A stretch of DNA of 64,000 nucleotides from the human T2T-CHM13v2.0 reference genome, Homo sapiens: assembly GCF_009914755.1 (NCBI RefSeq), contig NC_060938.1; one strand, written 5' to 3'. Made by a program: the position numbers and the translations under genes. The number at the start of each line of letters is the position of its first letter. Within the stretch, counting starts at the first letter, position 1. The notes below the pieces were generated by a model, which was not told the DNA's origin, did no database searches, and saw nothing but the letters and a program-made list of their open reading frames with translations. This document shows, piece after piece, positions 30,677 to 47,580 of this stretch.

Positions 30677-30932
30677 TCCCCATCTTGATAAATTATCAAA
30701 TATGATCCAACATAAATTACAACATGACTTCAAATAAATAAAACTTATTATATAATACCTAATTAATTAGTGAAGGGGTGATCATCCTCATTGCTTCAAC
30801 GTTTAGCAGTAGAATTTGGCCTGTTCTTAAACCTGCAAATAATAAATAGTGTTTCACAGTGGATTACTGTAATGTGACTGCAGTGCTCCCATCCATTCAG
30901 GCCCTCATACCCAATGCCTAATATTGTGGTTA

Positions 30933-33487
30933 ATTTTTTTATTGCAATAGGTTTTTGGGGAATATGTTGGTTTACTTTTTATTTCAATAGGTTTTTGGGA
31001 AACAGGTGGTTTTTGGTTACAGGAATAAGTTGTTTAGTGGCGATTTCTGAGATTTGTGGTGCACGCATAACCCAAGCAGTGTACACTGTACCCATTGTGT
31101 AGTGTTTTATCCCTCACCGCACCCACCCCACCACTCCCAGCCTTTCCCTGAGTCCCCGAAGACCACTGTATCATTCTTATGCCTTTGCATCCTCATAGCT
31201 TAGCTCTCACTTATGAATGAGAACATACAATATTTGGTTTTCCATTCCTAAGTTGATTCACTTAGAATAATGGTGTCCAGTTTCATCCAGGTTGCTGTGA
31301 ATGCATTATTTCATTCCATCTTATGGCTGAGTAGTATTCCGTGTGGTAAATATTTATACTACATTTTCTTTATCCACTTACTGATTGATGGGCATTTAGG
31401 CTGGTTTCAAATTCTTCTAATTGCATATTGTGCTGCTATAAACATGTGTGTGCAAGTATCTTTTTCATATAATGACTTATTTTCCTCTGAGTAGATACCC
31501 AGGAGTGGAATTACTGGATCAAATGATAGATCTGCTTTTACTTCTTTGGAAATCTCTTCACTGTTTTCCATAGCTGTTGTACTAGTTAACATTCTCTCCA
31601 AAAAGTGTAAAAGTGTTCCCTTTTTATCACATCCATGTCAACATCTATTAGTTTTTGATTTTTTGATTATGACCATTCTTGCAGAAGTGAAGGGATATCA
31701 TATTGTATTGTGGTTTTGATTTGCATTTCCCTGATAATTAGTTATGCTGAGCATTTTTTCATGTTTGTTGGCCAGTTGCTTATCTTCTTTTAAGAATTGT
31801 CTGTTCATGTCCATAGCCCACTTTTTGATGGGATGTTTTTCTTGCTGGTTTGTTTGAGTTCCTGCAGATTCTGGGTATTAGTCCTTTAATAAGAAGTACA
31901 GATTGTGAAGATTTTCTCCCACTCTGTAGGTTATCTGTTTACTCTGCTGATTATTTCTCTTACTGCGCAGAAGCCTTTTAGTTTAATTAAGTCTCATCTA
32001 TTTATCTTTGTTTTAGTTGCATTTGCTTTTTGGGTTATTGGTCATGAAGTCTTTGCCTAAGCCAATGTCTAGACGGTTTTTTCCAATGTCGTCTTCTAGA
32101 ATTTTTATGGTTTCAGGTATTAGATTTAAGTCCTTAATCCATCTTGAGTTGATTTTCGAATAGGGTGAGAAATGAGCATCCACTTTCATTCTTCTATGTG
32201 TGGCTTGCCATTTATCTCAGCACCATTTGTTGAATAGGGTATTCTTTCTCTGCTTTATGTTTTTGTTTGTTTTGTTGAAGATTAGATGACTGTAAGTATT
32301 TGGCTTTATTTCTGTGTTCTCTATTATGTTCCATTGATCTTTATGGCTATTTTTATACCAGTACCATGCTGTTTTGGTGACTATGGCCTTCTAGTATAGT
32401 TTGAAGTCGGCTTCTAGATTTGTTATTTTTGCTTAGTCTTGCTTTGGCTATACAGACTCTTTTTTGGTTCTAGGCTTTTACTACCTTAAGTTATGTCCCT
32501 TCTGTGTCTTTTTTAGTTCTGTGTGAATTTTTGTAGTTCTGTGAAGACTGATGTTGGTACTTTAATGGGGATTGCATTGAGTTTGTAGATTGCTTTTGGC
32601 AGTATGGTATTTTCACAATATTGATGTTCCCCATCCATGAGCATGGGATGTCTTTCCATTTGTTTGTATCTATGATCTCCATCAGCAGTGTTTTGTAGTT
32701 TTCCTTGTAGAGGTCTTTTGTCTCTTTGGTTAAGTATTCTGGATATAATTAAGATTTTGTCTGCAAAGATTGCCTGCAATTGACAATTATAGGAATATAC
32801 TATTATAATTATAGGAATTATAATATTCCTAAGGGTTTTATTGCAGCTATTGTAAAAGGGAGTGAGTTTTTTGTTTAATTCTCAGCTTGTTCACTATTAC
32901 TGTATAGCAGAGCCACTGACTTGTGTACATTAATTTTTTATCCTGAAACTTTGCTGAAATCATTTACCAGTTCTAGTAGCTTTTGGGATGAGTCTTTAGG
33001 GTTTTCTAGGTATACGATCATGTCATCAGCAAAGAGTGACAGTTCGACTTCCTCTTTACCTATTTGGATGCCCTTTATTTCTCTTATCTGATTGTTCTGG
33101 CGAGGACTTCCAGTACTATGTTGAATAGAAGTGGTGAAAGTTGGCATCATTGTCTTGTTCCAGTTCTCAGGGGGAATGCTTTCAACTTTTCCCCATTCCA
33201 TATAATGTTGGCTGTGTGTTTGTCATATATGGCTTTTATTACCTTAAGGTATGTCCCTTCGATGTTGATTTTGCTGAGGGTTTTAATCATAAAGGGATTC
33301 TGGATTTTCTCAAATGCTTTTTCTATGTCAATTTTGCTGAGGGTTTTAGGCATAAAGGGATGATGGATTTTGTCAAATCCTTTTTCTGCATGTATTGAGA
33401 GGATCATGTGATTTTTGTTTTTAATTCTGTTTATATGGTGTATCACATTTATTGACTTGCAGATGTTTAACCATCCTGCATCCCTGG
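30933..33487 (-). mobile_element. L1PB-type (L1PB1-like) 3' portion
   Basis: Antisense ORF2 ([17 protein letters not shown]; [15 protein letters not shown]) and L1PB-type 3'UTR. Confidence 0.88.
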
Positions 33488-33518
33488 TTTCTCTTCAGAT
33501 TGTATACCTTTTTCACCT

Positions 33519-33950
33519 TATGATGGTTAATTTTATTTGCCAAGTTGGGTTGCCTAGATATTTGGTTAAACACACTGGATGTGTCTGTGAGGGTGTTCCT
33601 TGATGAGACGAACATTTGAATATGTAGACTTAGTAAAGTAGTTGCCCTCCCCAGTGTGAGTGGGCCTCATCCAATACATTAAAACCCAAATAAAACACAA
33701 GGGTAGAGGAAGAGAGAATTCATTCTCTTTGATGATTTCAGAGCTGAGACATAGACCTTCTCTCGCCTTTGAAGTCAGACGTGGACTGTAACTTATGCCA
33801 TCAGCTTTCCTGGTTCTCAGGACGTTAGGCTTGGACTGGAACTCCAACATTGGCAGTCCTGGTTCTCCAGCTTGCTGACTGCAGGTCCTGGGACCTCTTA
33901 GCCTCCATAACCACATGAGCCAATTCCTTACAATAAACCTATATATATTC
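33519..33950 (+). mobile_element. MLT2-type ERVL LTR
   Basis: TGATGGTTAATTTTAT...GGATGTGTCTGTGAGGGTGTT...TGGGCCTCATCCAA...AATAAA. Confidence 0.75.
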
Positions 33951-33959
33951 ATGCAACTG

Positions 33960-36740
<2,781 letters not shown>

Positions 36741-37644
36741 GACAAGACTAGCTTCTTCGCCAATGGGGTGAACTGGAAGGAACCCAAGTAGGAATTGCCT
36801 TTTTAAAAAAATCCCTTCCCACCCTCTTAATTATGTAATGCATGCATTTTTATAGCTTTTTTGCTCATTCCATTACCTGAGGTCAGCCACTGATATTTAA
36901 CCCATCCTTAGCCTCGGAGGAGGGCAGAGGAGCACTGGTCATATTGATTTCGCTAGCGGTGACATGATTTCCTCCTGTGCCACTCAAATTCTCTCCTTCT
37001 TTAACTTGATGCTCAGTAGGTTGTGTTTCTCTCATCTTTGCAGATTGTTAGGAAGATGAGAATCAGCTTTCATTTTTGATGTTGCCATAGAGAAGACTCC
37101 ATGGTAATGTTTATTTGCACAATCAACTTTTTATTTTCCCCCAGAAATTGCAAATTCTTATGTGAGAGATAGCTTTCTGGAGTCTGCAAACATAGATTAT
37201 CGTTTCTCTTTTGATGGTAAATTTATTATATCCCCACCATCAATAAAATACTTACATATAATTTTGGCATGTCATATTGATTGCCAACTACACATAAGAA
37301 CATTCCTTGATTTTAAATCTAGACTAATTATGAAAATTTGGGTAGTCACAAAAAATTATTGTGCACAAATTTATAGACCTTAGAATTAAATGAGTTACTA
37401 TTAACTACTATTTATTGTGCAGTCAGTGTATGGCAGAAGCTTACTATGTACTATTTCATTTTATACTTAAAACAATATTCTATGCAAAATGCTATAATTT
37501 CACCATGCCTCCTATTTGGACATGATAAAACTGGGTCTCGTAAAGTTTTCACCCCAGAGTTCTCTGCTTAGTAAGAAGTAGAAGTAAGTCTAATCCTAAG
37601 TTATCTGATTTCAGAGCCCATATAGTTAAATGCTCTAAATGCAG

Positions 37645-38922
37645 CTTCCCCTGGTGATGGTGACTATGAGAGCCTGTCACATGATGTGGGATAGTGCTTC
37701 CCTGTAATGTGTGCAAGATTCCCGTGATGATGGTGACTATGATACCCTGTCAGATACTATATAGAACAGTGCTTCCCTGTAACATGCACAAGATTCCTGT
37801 GATGATGGTGACTATGACAGCCTGTCAGATACTATGTAGGACAGTGCTTCCCTTTAATATGCACAAGGTTCCCGTGATGATGGTGACTATTTGATCCTGT
37901 CACATATGATGTAGGACAGTGTTTCCCTGTAACATGCACAAGATTCCCATGATGACGGTGACTATGACAGCCTGTCATATATGATGTACAACAGTGCTTC
38001 CCTGTAACGTGTGCAAGATTCCCGTGATGATGGTGACTATGAGAGCCTGTCACATATGATGTAGGACAGTGCTTCCCTGTAACATGCCCAAGATTCCCGT
38101 GATGATGTTGACTATGACAGCCTGTCAGATACTATGTAGAACAGTGCTTCCCTGTAACATGCACAAGATTCCCGTGATGATGGTGACTATGAGAGCCTGT
38201 CACATATGATGTAGGACAGTGCTTCCCTGTAACATGCACAAGATTCCCGTGATGATGGTGACTATGACAGCCTGTCACATATGATGTAGGACAGTGCTTC
38301 CCTGTAATGTGTGCAAGATTCCCATGATGATGGTGACTATGAGAGCCTGTCACACATGATGTAGGACAGTGCTTCCCTGTAACATGCACAAGATTCCCGT
38401 GATGATGGTGACTATGAGAGCCTGTCACATATGATGTGGGACAGTGCTTCCCTGTAACATGCACAAGATTCCTGTGATGATGGTGACTATGACAGCCTGT
38501 CACATATGATGTAGGACAATGCTTCCCTGTAACATGCACAGGATTCCCGTGATGATGGTGACTTTGAGAACCTGTCAGATACTATGTAGGACAGTGCTTC
38601 CCTTTAATATGCACAAGATTCCCGTGATGATGGTGACTATGATGGTCTGTCACATATGATGTAGGACAGTGCTTCCTCTGTAACAAGCACAAGATTCCCG
38701 ACAGGATTGTGACTATGAGAGCCTGTCTGATACGATGTAGGACAGTGCTTCCCTGTAACTTGCACAAGATTCCTGTGATGATGGTGACTATGAGAGCCTG
38801 TCACATGTGATGTAGGACAGTGCTTCCCTGTAACGTGTGCAAGATTCCCGTGATGATGGTGACTATGAGAACCTGTCACATATGATGTAGGACAGTGCTT
38901 CCCTGTAACATGCACAAGATTC
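37645..38922. repeat. 75-bp minisatellite, ~17 copies
   Basis: Unit GTGATGATGGTGACTATGAGAGCCTGTCACATATGATGTAGGACAGTGCTTCCCTGTAACATGCACAAGATTCCC recurring every 75 bp. Confidence 0.95.
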
Positions 38923-39522
38923 ACCCTGGAATCTTATTAAAATGCAAACTCATAGACCACACTTTGACTAGCTAAGACAAGAGCATTTAAATGGATGTCC
39001 AGGTGACAGTGCTAAGATCCTACTGTTCATGTGGGCACTGGCTCACCATATGAATGAAGCTTAGGACCTCCAGTCCCTGCTGGAAAAGAAATACAGATAC
39101 ATAGGATATGACTGTGCATATGGAATGTCTGTTGTGTTCTCGACATTGTACTAGACACTAAGATAAAAAGTCAAATATCCCTTGCCTCTTTCTGAAAGGA
39201 GCTTCCTACACAGTGGCTTCTGACTGCAGTGTATATTTTCTCTTCTGTCCTGGGTGGGTGAGCTCTATCTCAATGTTGGTAACTGAACACTGCCCAGTGG
39301 GTTTGATGGGGGAGATCATAGCTAGCTGTGCTCCCACATAACTATGACCATAGCATACCTCTTGATGCCATTTCCCCCTTGTCAGAAGCCTCCCTCCAGT
39401 ATCATACAGGCTCCCCATGATTATAAATTCTTCCTCCTTCCACTAAATGTTTCTAAATCTTGCAAAGATAAAAACATAAACCACATTCTTGTCATATTAG
39501 TTAATATATATATTAATGATGA

Positions 39523-39836
<314 letters not shown>

Positions 39837-40236
39837 AGGTTCCTTATTTTTCATGTGTTTAATATTTTCTCCCAATTTATAGAATATATTGATTAAGAAT
39901 AAATTTTAGCCATGCACATCTTTTACAAACTTCATGATATACTTTGCTATATTTAAATTTCTTATACTCTTATAAAATGTGTGTTCTGATCTCACATTGG
40001 CTTCCATTTCTTCCCTCTGGCTTCTATTAGTTTAGGCTATGAGCAGAGATGGACGAGGTGGCAACTGTAATAGATCAAGGCTATGAGCAGAGATGGATGA
40101 GGCAGCGGCTGTAATGGATTAAGGCTATGAGCATCTTGTGAAGTAGGATGTAAAATCTGTAAATGTCAGAATGAATCCAAACTTACAAATTCAAAACTGG
40201 ATTGTAAAACAGCTCAAAAAAAAGATGAAAACACAG

Positions 40237-40516
40237 CTCTACACTTTAGGAGGCTGAGGCAAGCAGATTGCTTAAGTTCAAGAGTTGGAGACAAGTCTAA
40301 GAAACATGGAAAAACTGTCTCTAAAAAAAAAATATATTTTTAATTAGGAGGGTATGGTGGTATGAGCCTGTGGGTCCCAGCTTTTAAGGAGGCTGAGGTG
40401 AGAGGATTGCTTGAGCCCAGAAGGTAGAGGCTGCAGTGAGCTCTGATCACACCACTGCATTTCAGCCTAGGTGACAGAGTGAGACCCGTCTCAAAAACAA
40501 ACAAAAATAACAAAAA
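40237..40516 (+). mobile_element. AluJ-like, 5' truncated
   Basis: Sense Alu with (CAAA)n tail. Confidence 0.8.
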
Positions 40517-41505
40517 CAGCTCTAAACAAAAATGTCTAGAAAAGTAGCTCAAGTTGTTCCTGTCTGGTTAAATAGAAACATAAATGAACTACTTATGTGC
40601 CCCAGTGGCTTCATAATGCTGAGAGGAAAGTCAATTATTCTAGCAGGTTCTGGAAAACTTTATCGTATCATGGGGTTCAATGAAAATATCAAATCATAAA
40701 TATAATAATCAAATCTGAAAGTGAATCTAGTTTCAAAGACCTCAGAAGCCAGTGCATAGGAAGCTCTTTTCAGATAGAGACAAGGGATTATTTGACTTCT
40801 TATCTCTGTTGTCTAGCACAATGTCCAGGACACAACAGATATTCCATATGCACAGTCACATCCTATGTATGTGTATTTCTTTTCCGGCAAGGACTAGAGG
40901 TCCTAAGCTTTGTTTATATGGTGAGCCAGTGCCCAAATGAGCAGGAGAATCTCAACACAGTCACCTACACACTCATTTCAATGCTCTGGCCACTTATCCA
41001 AGCTAGTCAAAGTGTGGTCTATGGTTTTGCATTTTAAGGGATCCCCGGGTGAATCTTGTGGCTGTCAAAGGAGGAGAAGCACTGCCCTCAAAATATAGAA
41101 AAGGTGAACTAATTTATCCAGGCAGACTGGCTGTTTATTTATGTATTTATTTAACTTGTTGATGGGAAGATTCAAATTGACATACACAATCACCCCCATA
41201 AGGATTTCAGGTAAAAAACAAAGGTTTAGATATCAGATGTGTTTTACAATTACCGCACCAGTCTTTTCACTACAGAATCTAGTAGCATATTTCCAATAGA
41301 TGTAGGTGAAAATGTCTATCTCATGACCCTTCTGTCAGTATTTTTAAAATTGGATACTCTATTAGTGGCAAAATTGAATCTCTTACAGGCATCTCACTCA
41401 AACTGCAGTCATACTTTCCAATAGGCCCCATAAAAATCCTTGTTCTGGAGCAATCTAATATATTTATCCACCTCTTTAGACACTTAGGTAAGTATAAAAT
41501 ACAAG

Positions 41506-41509
<4 letters not shown>

Positions 41510-41539
<30 letters not shown>
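41510..41539. repeat. (TG)n microsatellite
   Basis: ~15 perfect TG units. Confidence 0.95.
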
Positions 41540-41541
<2 letters not shown>

Positions 41542-42647
41542 TGTGTACCTTGTAGCCTCTTGTCCACTTTCTGCAACACCAGAATCTGAGGCAAGTTTAA
41601 TGTAAATAACATCCAGCAATGTTAGAAATGTTGACTTTTATGTGCCCATCAGGAAAAAATGATGAATGTTATTGTAGAGTAAATTTTCATTCTGGAAAAA
41701 ATGCATACTGTTTGAATGTTATTTTCATGCTTTCCACAGATATTATACACAGATATTATATTCCAAGGATTATGTTTCAAAGTCTTCAAAAATAGAAAAT
41801 TCATTTTATATTTCTAGCTGAAAATAATAACAGTAATTAGCCTACCTTTAGGGAAATGTGATAAAAATACTAATGACCATCACAACTCATTAAAAGCATA
41901 AAATGTGCAATGATTTAAACTACATGTTCTTTCTATGAATCTGCGTAGAAATATAGACACATTTGATAAATGCTATTTAAAGTCTGAGTGCTTTGGTAAA
42001 TGATTCATCTATAGGTTGAAGGGATTACTTTTATCTGCCTTCATAGTGAGAATTAGATTTCTGTTCTTTATAAAGCAGGGAATACAGATTGTGCCTGGAG
42101 TAAAAGCATTCAATCCTTATTAATAATGATGGTAGCTGCACTGGAGAAAAGAAAGCCTGTCAGAGTAACATGTTCAGCTTTACATCATAATCAGAGGTAT
42201 GTTGATCTCTGTTGAAGGCAGAATTAAAAACGCCTTCAACATTTTTAGATAATAGATGAAAAACATCTCAAAGTCACTTTTAAAATTTGAATTGACGATT
42301 CCACATAACAGGAAAAGGACCAAGACCATCTTAAATACTTCACGAAGGAAGTGATGTTTTAAGTGCAATTTCATCAAAGAGAAGTTTTTCCAGAAAGTCT
42401 TTTGACCTCAGTAAGAAGCTTATTTACTCTGGTAAATAATTTATCGTAAGATGAGAAAGACTCGATTTTTTAAAAACAATAAAAAATTATATGGTTTAAT
42501 CTAATGTTGTGATTTCGAAAGTACTACTTTTGCCCTTATAGTTACGCATGTGTATTTATATGCATTTTCTTGGTTCATTCAAATGCCAATAAAATACTTT
42601 ACTATCCAGGCCCCTTAAAAGCCAAATTAATTTCCAAAAGTGAGCAT

Positions 42648-45095
42648 TGTATGTATGCTGTGAGGTGTGCACAGGTGTATGTGTGTGATGTGTATGTATG
42701 GTGTGTGTATGTGGTCTGTGTGTGTAGTAGGTTCATGGGGTATGTATATGTATGTGTAGTGTGTATTGTGGGTGTTTTGTGTGTATACTGTGTGTAGTTT
42801 GTGGGTGGTGCATGGTGTGTATATGTGCTGTGTTTGTGGTGTATGTGGGTGTGGTGTGTGTGTACTACGTGTGGTGTGGTGTGTGTGTGATATATGTGTG
42901 TGCAATTTGTGGTTTATGTGATGTGTTTGTGTATGGTGCTGGGTGTGTGTGTACTGTGTGTAGTATTTGATGTGATGAGTGTAGAATGTGTGGTATGTGT
43001 GTGCACAGTATGTGTGGTGTGTGTATGTGATGTGTGTGCTCTGTGTGTGTGGTGCTATATATACGTGTGCAGTGTGTGGGGAGTATGTGTGGGGCGTGTG
43101 TTTGATGTGTGTGGGGAGTATGGGGTGTGTGTGGTGCTGTATGTGTATGTTGTGTGTGTAGTAGATTCATGTGTGTGGTGTAGTGTGTGCAGTGTGTGGG
43201 GGGTATGCGTGTGTGCACATCGTGCAGTGTGTGGTGTGGGGATGTGTGTGCGTGTGCACATGGTGTGTGTGCAGTGTCTGTGGTGTCTGGGGTGTGTGTG
43301 TGCACATGGTGTGTGTGTGGTGTATCGGGGTGTGCGTGTGTGCACCTGGTCTGTGTGCAGTGTATGTGTGTGTGGTGGGGTGTGTGCGTGTGCACATGGT
43401 GTGTGTGCAATGTGTGGTGTCTGTGGTGTGTGCGTGTGCACGTGGTATGTGGTGTGTGTGATGTGTGGGGGTGTGTGTGCATGTATACATGGTGTGTGTG
43501 CAGTGTGTGATGTCTGTGTGGGGTGTGTGTGCGTGTGTACATGGTGTGTGTGCAGTATGTGTGGTGTGTGGGGGTGTGTGTGCGTGTATGCATGGTGTGC
43601 TGTGTGCAGTGTGTGTGCTGTCTGTGTGGTGTATGCGTGGGGCACGTGTGCTTGTGTACACGGTGTGGTGTGTGTGGTGTGTTCATGTACACATGGTGTG
43701 GCATGTGCAGTGTGGTGGGGTGTGTGTGCAGTGTGTGGTGTCTGTGTGGGGTGTGTGTGCACATGGTGTGTTGTGTGTGGTGTCTGTGGGGTGTGTGCGT
43801 GTGCACATGGTGTGTGTGTGCAGTGTGGGGTGTGTACGCGTGCACATGGTGTGTGTGCAGTGTGTGGTGTGTTTGTGCACATGGTGTGTGTGCAGTGTGT
43901 GTGTGGTGTGTGTGCAGTGTGTGGTGTCTGTGTGATGTGTGCGCATGTGCTCATGAGGTATGTGCAGTGTGTATGGTGTCTGGGTTGTGCGTGTGCACAT
44001 GGTGTGTGTGCAGTGGGTGTGGTGTCTGGGGTGTGTGTGCCGTGTGTGCGGTGTCTGTGTGTGGGGTGTGTATGCGTGTGTGTGGGTAAAAGAAAGAGAT
44101 CAGACTGTTACTGTGTCTATGTAGAAAGAAGTAGACATAAGAGACTCCATTTTGTTCTGTACTAAGAAAAATTTTTCTGCCTTGAGAGGCTGTTAATCTG
44201 TAACCGTACCCCCAACCCTGTGCTCCCTGAGACATGTGCTGTGTCAAGTCAAGGTTAAATGGATTAAGGGCTGTGCAGGATGTGCTTTGTTAGACAAATG
44301 CTTGAAGGCAGCACGCTTGTTAAGAGTCATCACCACTCCCTACTCTCAAGTACCCAGAGACACAAAACACTGCGGAAGGCCACAGGGACCTCTGCCTAGG
44401 AAAGCCAGGTATTGTCCAAGGTTTCTCCCCATGTGATAGTCTGAAATATGGTCTCATGGGAAGGGAAAGACCTGACCATCCCCCAGCCTGACACAGATAA
44501 AGGGTCTGTGCTGGGGAGGATTAGTAAAAGAGGAAGGCCTCTTTGCAGTTGAGATAAGAGGAAGGCATCTGTCTCCTGCTAGTCCCTGGGTAATGGAATG
44601 TCTCAGTGTAAAGCCCAGTTGTATATTCCATCTACTGAGATAGGGGAAAACTGCCTTAGGGCTGGAGGTGGGACATGCTGGCAACAATACTGCTTTTTAA
44701 GGCATTGAGATGTTTATGTATATGAACATCAAAAGCACAGCTCTTTTTTCTTTACCTTGTTTATGATGCAGAGACATTTGTTCATATGTTTTCCTGCTGA
44801 CCTTCTCTCCACTATTACCCTATTGTCCTGCCACATCCCCCTCTCTGAGAAACGCCTGATAATGATCAATAAATACTAAGGGAACTGAGAGACTGGTGCT
44901 GGTGTGGGTCCTCCGTATGCTGAGCGCCGTTCCCCTGGGCCCACTTTTCTTTATACTTTGTCTCTGTGTCTCTTTTCTCAAGTCTCTTGTTCCACCCGAT
45001 GAGAAACGCCCACAAGTGTGGAGGGGCAGGCCGCCCCTTCACGTGTGCACATGGTGTGTGTGCACATGGTGTGGTGTGTGCAGTGTGTGTTATGA
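42648..45095. repeat. Complex TG-rich low-complexity array, interrupted by LTR5 at 44081-45041
   Basis: Degenerate (TG)n with recurrent GTGTGCACATGGTGTGTGTGCAGTGTGTGGTGTCTG motif. Confidence 0.9.
44081..45041 (+). mobile_element. HERV-K(HML-2) solo LTR, LTR5B-like
   Basis: TGTGGGTAAAAGAAAGAGATCAGACTGTTACTGTGTC...GGGGCAGGCCGCCCCTTCA; AATAAA at 44868; 6-bp TSD cgtgtg on both sides. Confidence 0.93.
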
Positions 45096-46409
45096 GTGAC
45101 TGCTTCTCTTAGCATGTGGACATCAGTCTTCCAGACCAGCTTTCTCCATGTGTCTGGGAACATAAGAAACAAGTTTCTGCAATAATTGTTACACAGCTTT
45201 TCCAGAGAGGTACCAAATCTCTGTTGTGAGTGGGTATCTGCGTCATTGCAGGAGGGAATGTGATGTCCTGGCTTGCCTCACACCCTCTGAGGGCTTAGGC
45301 AAGGTTCCTGCTGGATCCCTCACTGTGGCCAGAGAGGGAGGGCTCTGTTTCACCACAGGGCACTAGAAGAGGACCGGTGTGTGGGAAGACCAGGTAATCA
45401 TAATGGTATTAATAATAGTGGTAATAATACTGTTTTATACATTGTATATGTCATAAGGATTTTAACTTTCATCTAACATAATTGTTGTAAAAATGTCCCC
45501 AGTTTGTTTGTGCTATTTACTTGGTGTTGAAATGTGTAAGAATTTACGTTTTAGGTACGTTAGGTTTATTCCTTTTTATATAGTTTCTGTTTGCAATTTT
45601 GATTTTAGAAGATATTCATTCATTCTCAAGGTCATAAAACACAGGTACATCTAATTTTCTTTTCTTTTCTCTCTCTTTTTTTTTTTTTACATTTAATACT
45701 GGAATTAACTTTTATGTAAGGTGTGGGACCAGGATTCAATTCTATCATTTTATATTCTCAAATCATTACCCAATATTTTAACATCATAAATGGACAAATG
45801 GCTCTGTTTTGTAGGTTTAAAATATTACCCTGTTACTAGATAAAATTACACTCAATTTCTGTGTTTTTGATTCTCTTTCATTAATGTGTTTATTTTTGTG
45901 TCATTTCAAATTTGTTTAATTTTGAATAGTAATAACAATCTTAAATATCTTATAGTAAATTTTATAAAATTGGCTCTCGTGTGTGTTCAATATGTGGATT
46001 TAAAATCACATTTTCTTGTTCGAAAATATTTTTCTTGGAATTTTTATTGGAATTTGAGCATATTTTTAAATGATTTACAGCAAACTAAAGAGTTAATATT
46101 ATTGAGTCCTCTCATCCAGAATGTGACATGCAAATTCATCAAACCTCCTTTAATGCCATTTAGCCAAAATTAATATGTTAAATCAATATAAATTAGTATA
46201 AATGAGTATAACTAATGATTAAAATAAATTAATGTGTTTGGCTCCACGTTTCTGTCTTCTGCCTTCTGTCACTGATGTTTTTTATTCCTATCCTTGTTGT
46301 TTTCTATAGTTTCTTTTATTATGTCTTTTTCTGTCTTATGATTTGAAAACTATATCACACATTGTAATGTTTTAATTTTTCTAATTTTTTGCCCTTAATT
46401 TTAACTAAT

Positions 46410-46935
46410 TTTATTTTTTAGAGAAGTGCAGGTTCACTGCTAAACGGAGCAGAGAGTACAGACCTCCCATATGTCCCTTTCCCCACACACAGCCTCCCCA
46501 CTACAGCTTCCTGCCTCACAGGAGCACACCTGTGACAACCAGGAACCTACCTTGACCCTTCATTATCAAAGCTTACAGTGCACATTCATAATTATTTACT
46601 CTTCACATTGTACTTTATGAGTCTTGACAAAAGTATAATGGCAATGGGATATTATTCACCGCTAACAGGAGATGATCTATCAAGCCACAAAAAAATACAT
46701 GGAGGAAACTTAAATGCATATTGCTAAAAGAAGAAGCCAATCTGAAAAGTCTACGTACTGTTCGATTCCAATTATATGACATTCTGGAAACGGTGAAACT
46801 ATGGGAACAGTAGAAAGATCAGTGGTTGCCATGGACCAAGGGGAAGGAAGAGATGGATACACAGAACACAGAGAATCTTCACGGCAGTAAAACCATTCTG
46901 TATGATACTGTAATGGTAGATATATACATTTGTAA
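46410..46935. mobile_element. Old L1 (L1MC-like) 3' end in two opposed pieces
   Basis: 46410-46643 antisense extreme 3' end; 46660-46935 sense upstream segment. Confidence 0.6.
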
Positions 46936-46950
46936 AAATCTATCTTGTAA

Positions 46951-47258
<308 letters not shown>

Positions 47259-47284
47259 GTTTTTGTTTTAAGAACTGCAGACAA

Positions 47285-47580
47285 GCTGGGTGCAGTGGCT
47301 CAAGCCTGTAATGGCTGCATTTTTGGAGGCTGAAGTGGCTGGATTGCTTCAGCCCTGGAGTTCAAGACCAGCTGGGCAACATAGTGAGATCCCGTCTCTA
47401 CAAAAAAAGTATTAAAAAAAAATAGCCAGGCATAGTGCTGATTGCCTGTAGTCCCAGCCACTCAGGAGGCTGTTGTAGAAAAATCACTTGACCCAGCAGT
47501 TTGAGGCTGCAGTGAGCTATCATCATGCCACTGCACTCTGGCCTGGGCGACAGAGCGAAACCCCATCTCAAAACAAAGAA
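47285..47580 (+). mobile_element. AluJ-like
   Basis: Sense dimer, head-to-head with the preceding Alu. Confidence 0.87.

Noticed and set aside
37645-38922. CRISPR array, tandem C/D snoRNA cluster, or His-rich protein (SHHHHGNL.. ORFs)
   Set aside because: Units are contiguous with no unique spacers. GTGATGA resembles box C but no CTGA box D recurs. The ORFs arise only because 75 is divisible by 3.
42627-44247. Long ORFs up to 423 aa (Cys/Val or His/Thr rich)
   Set aside because: Translations of a TG/CA low-complexity repeat that lacks stop codons.
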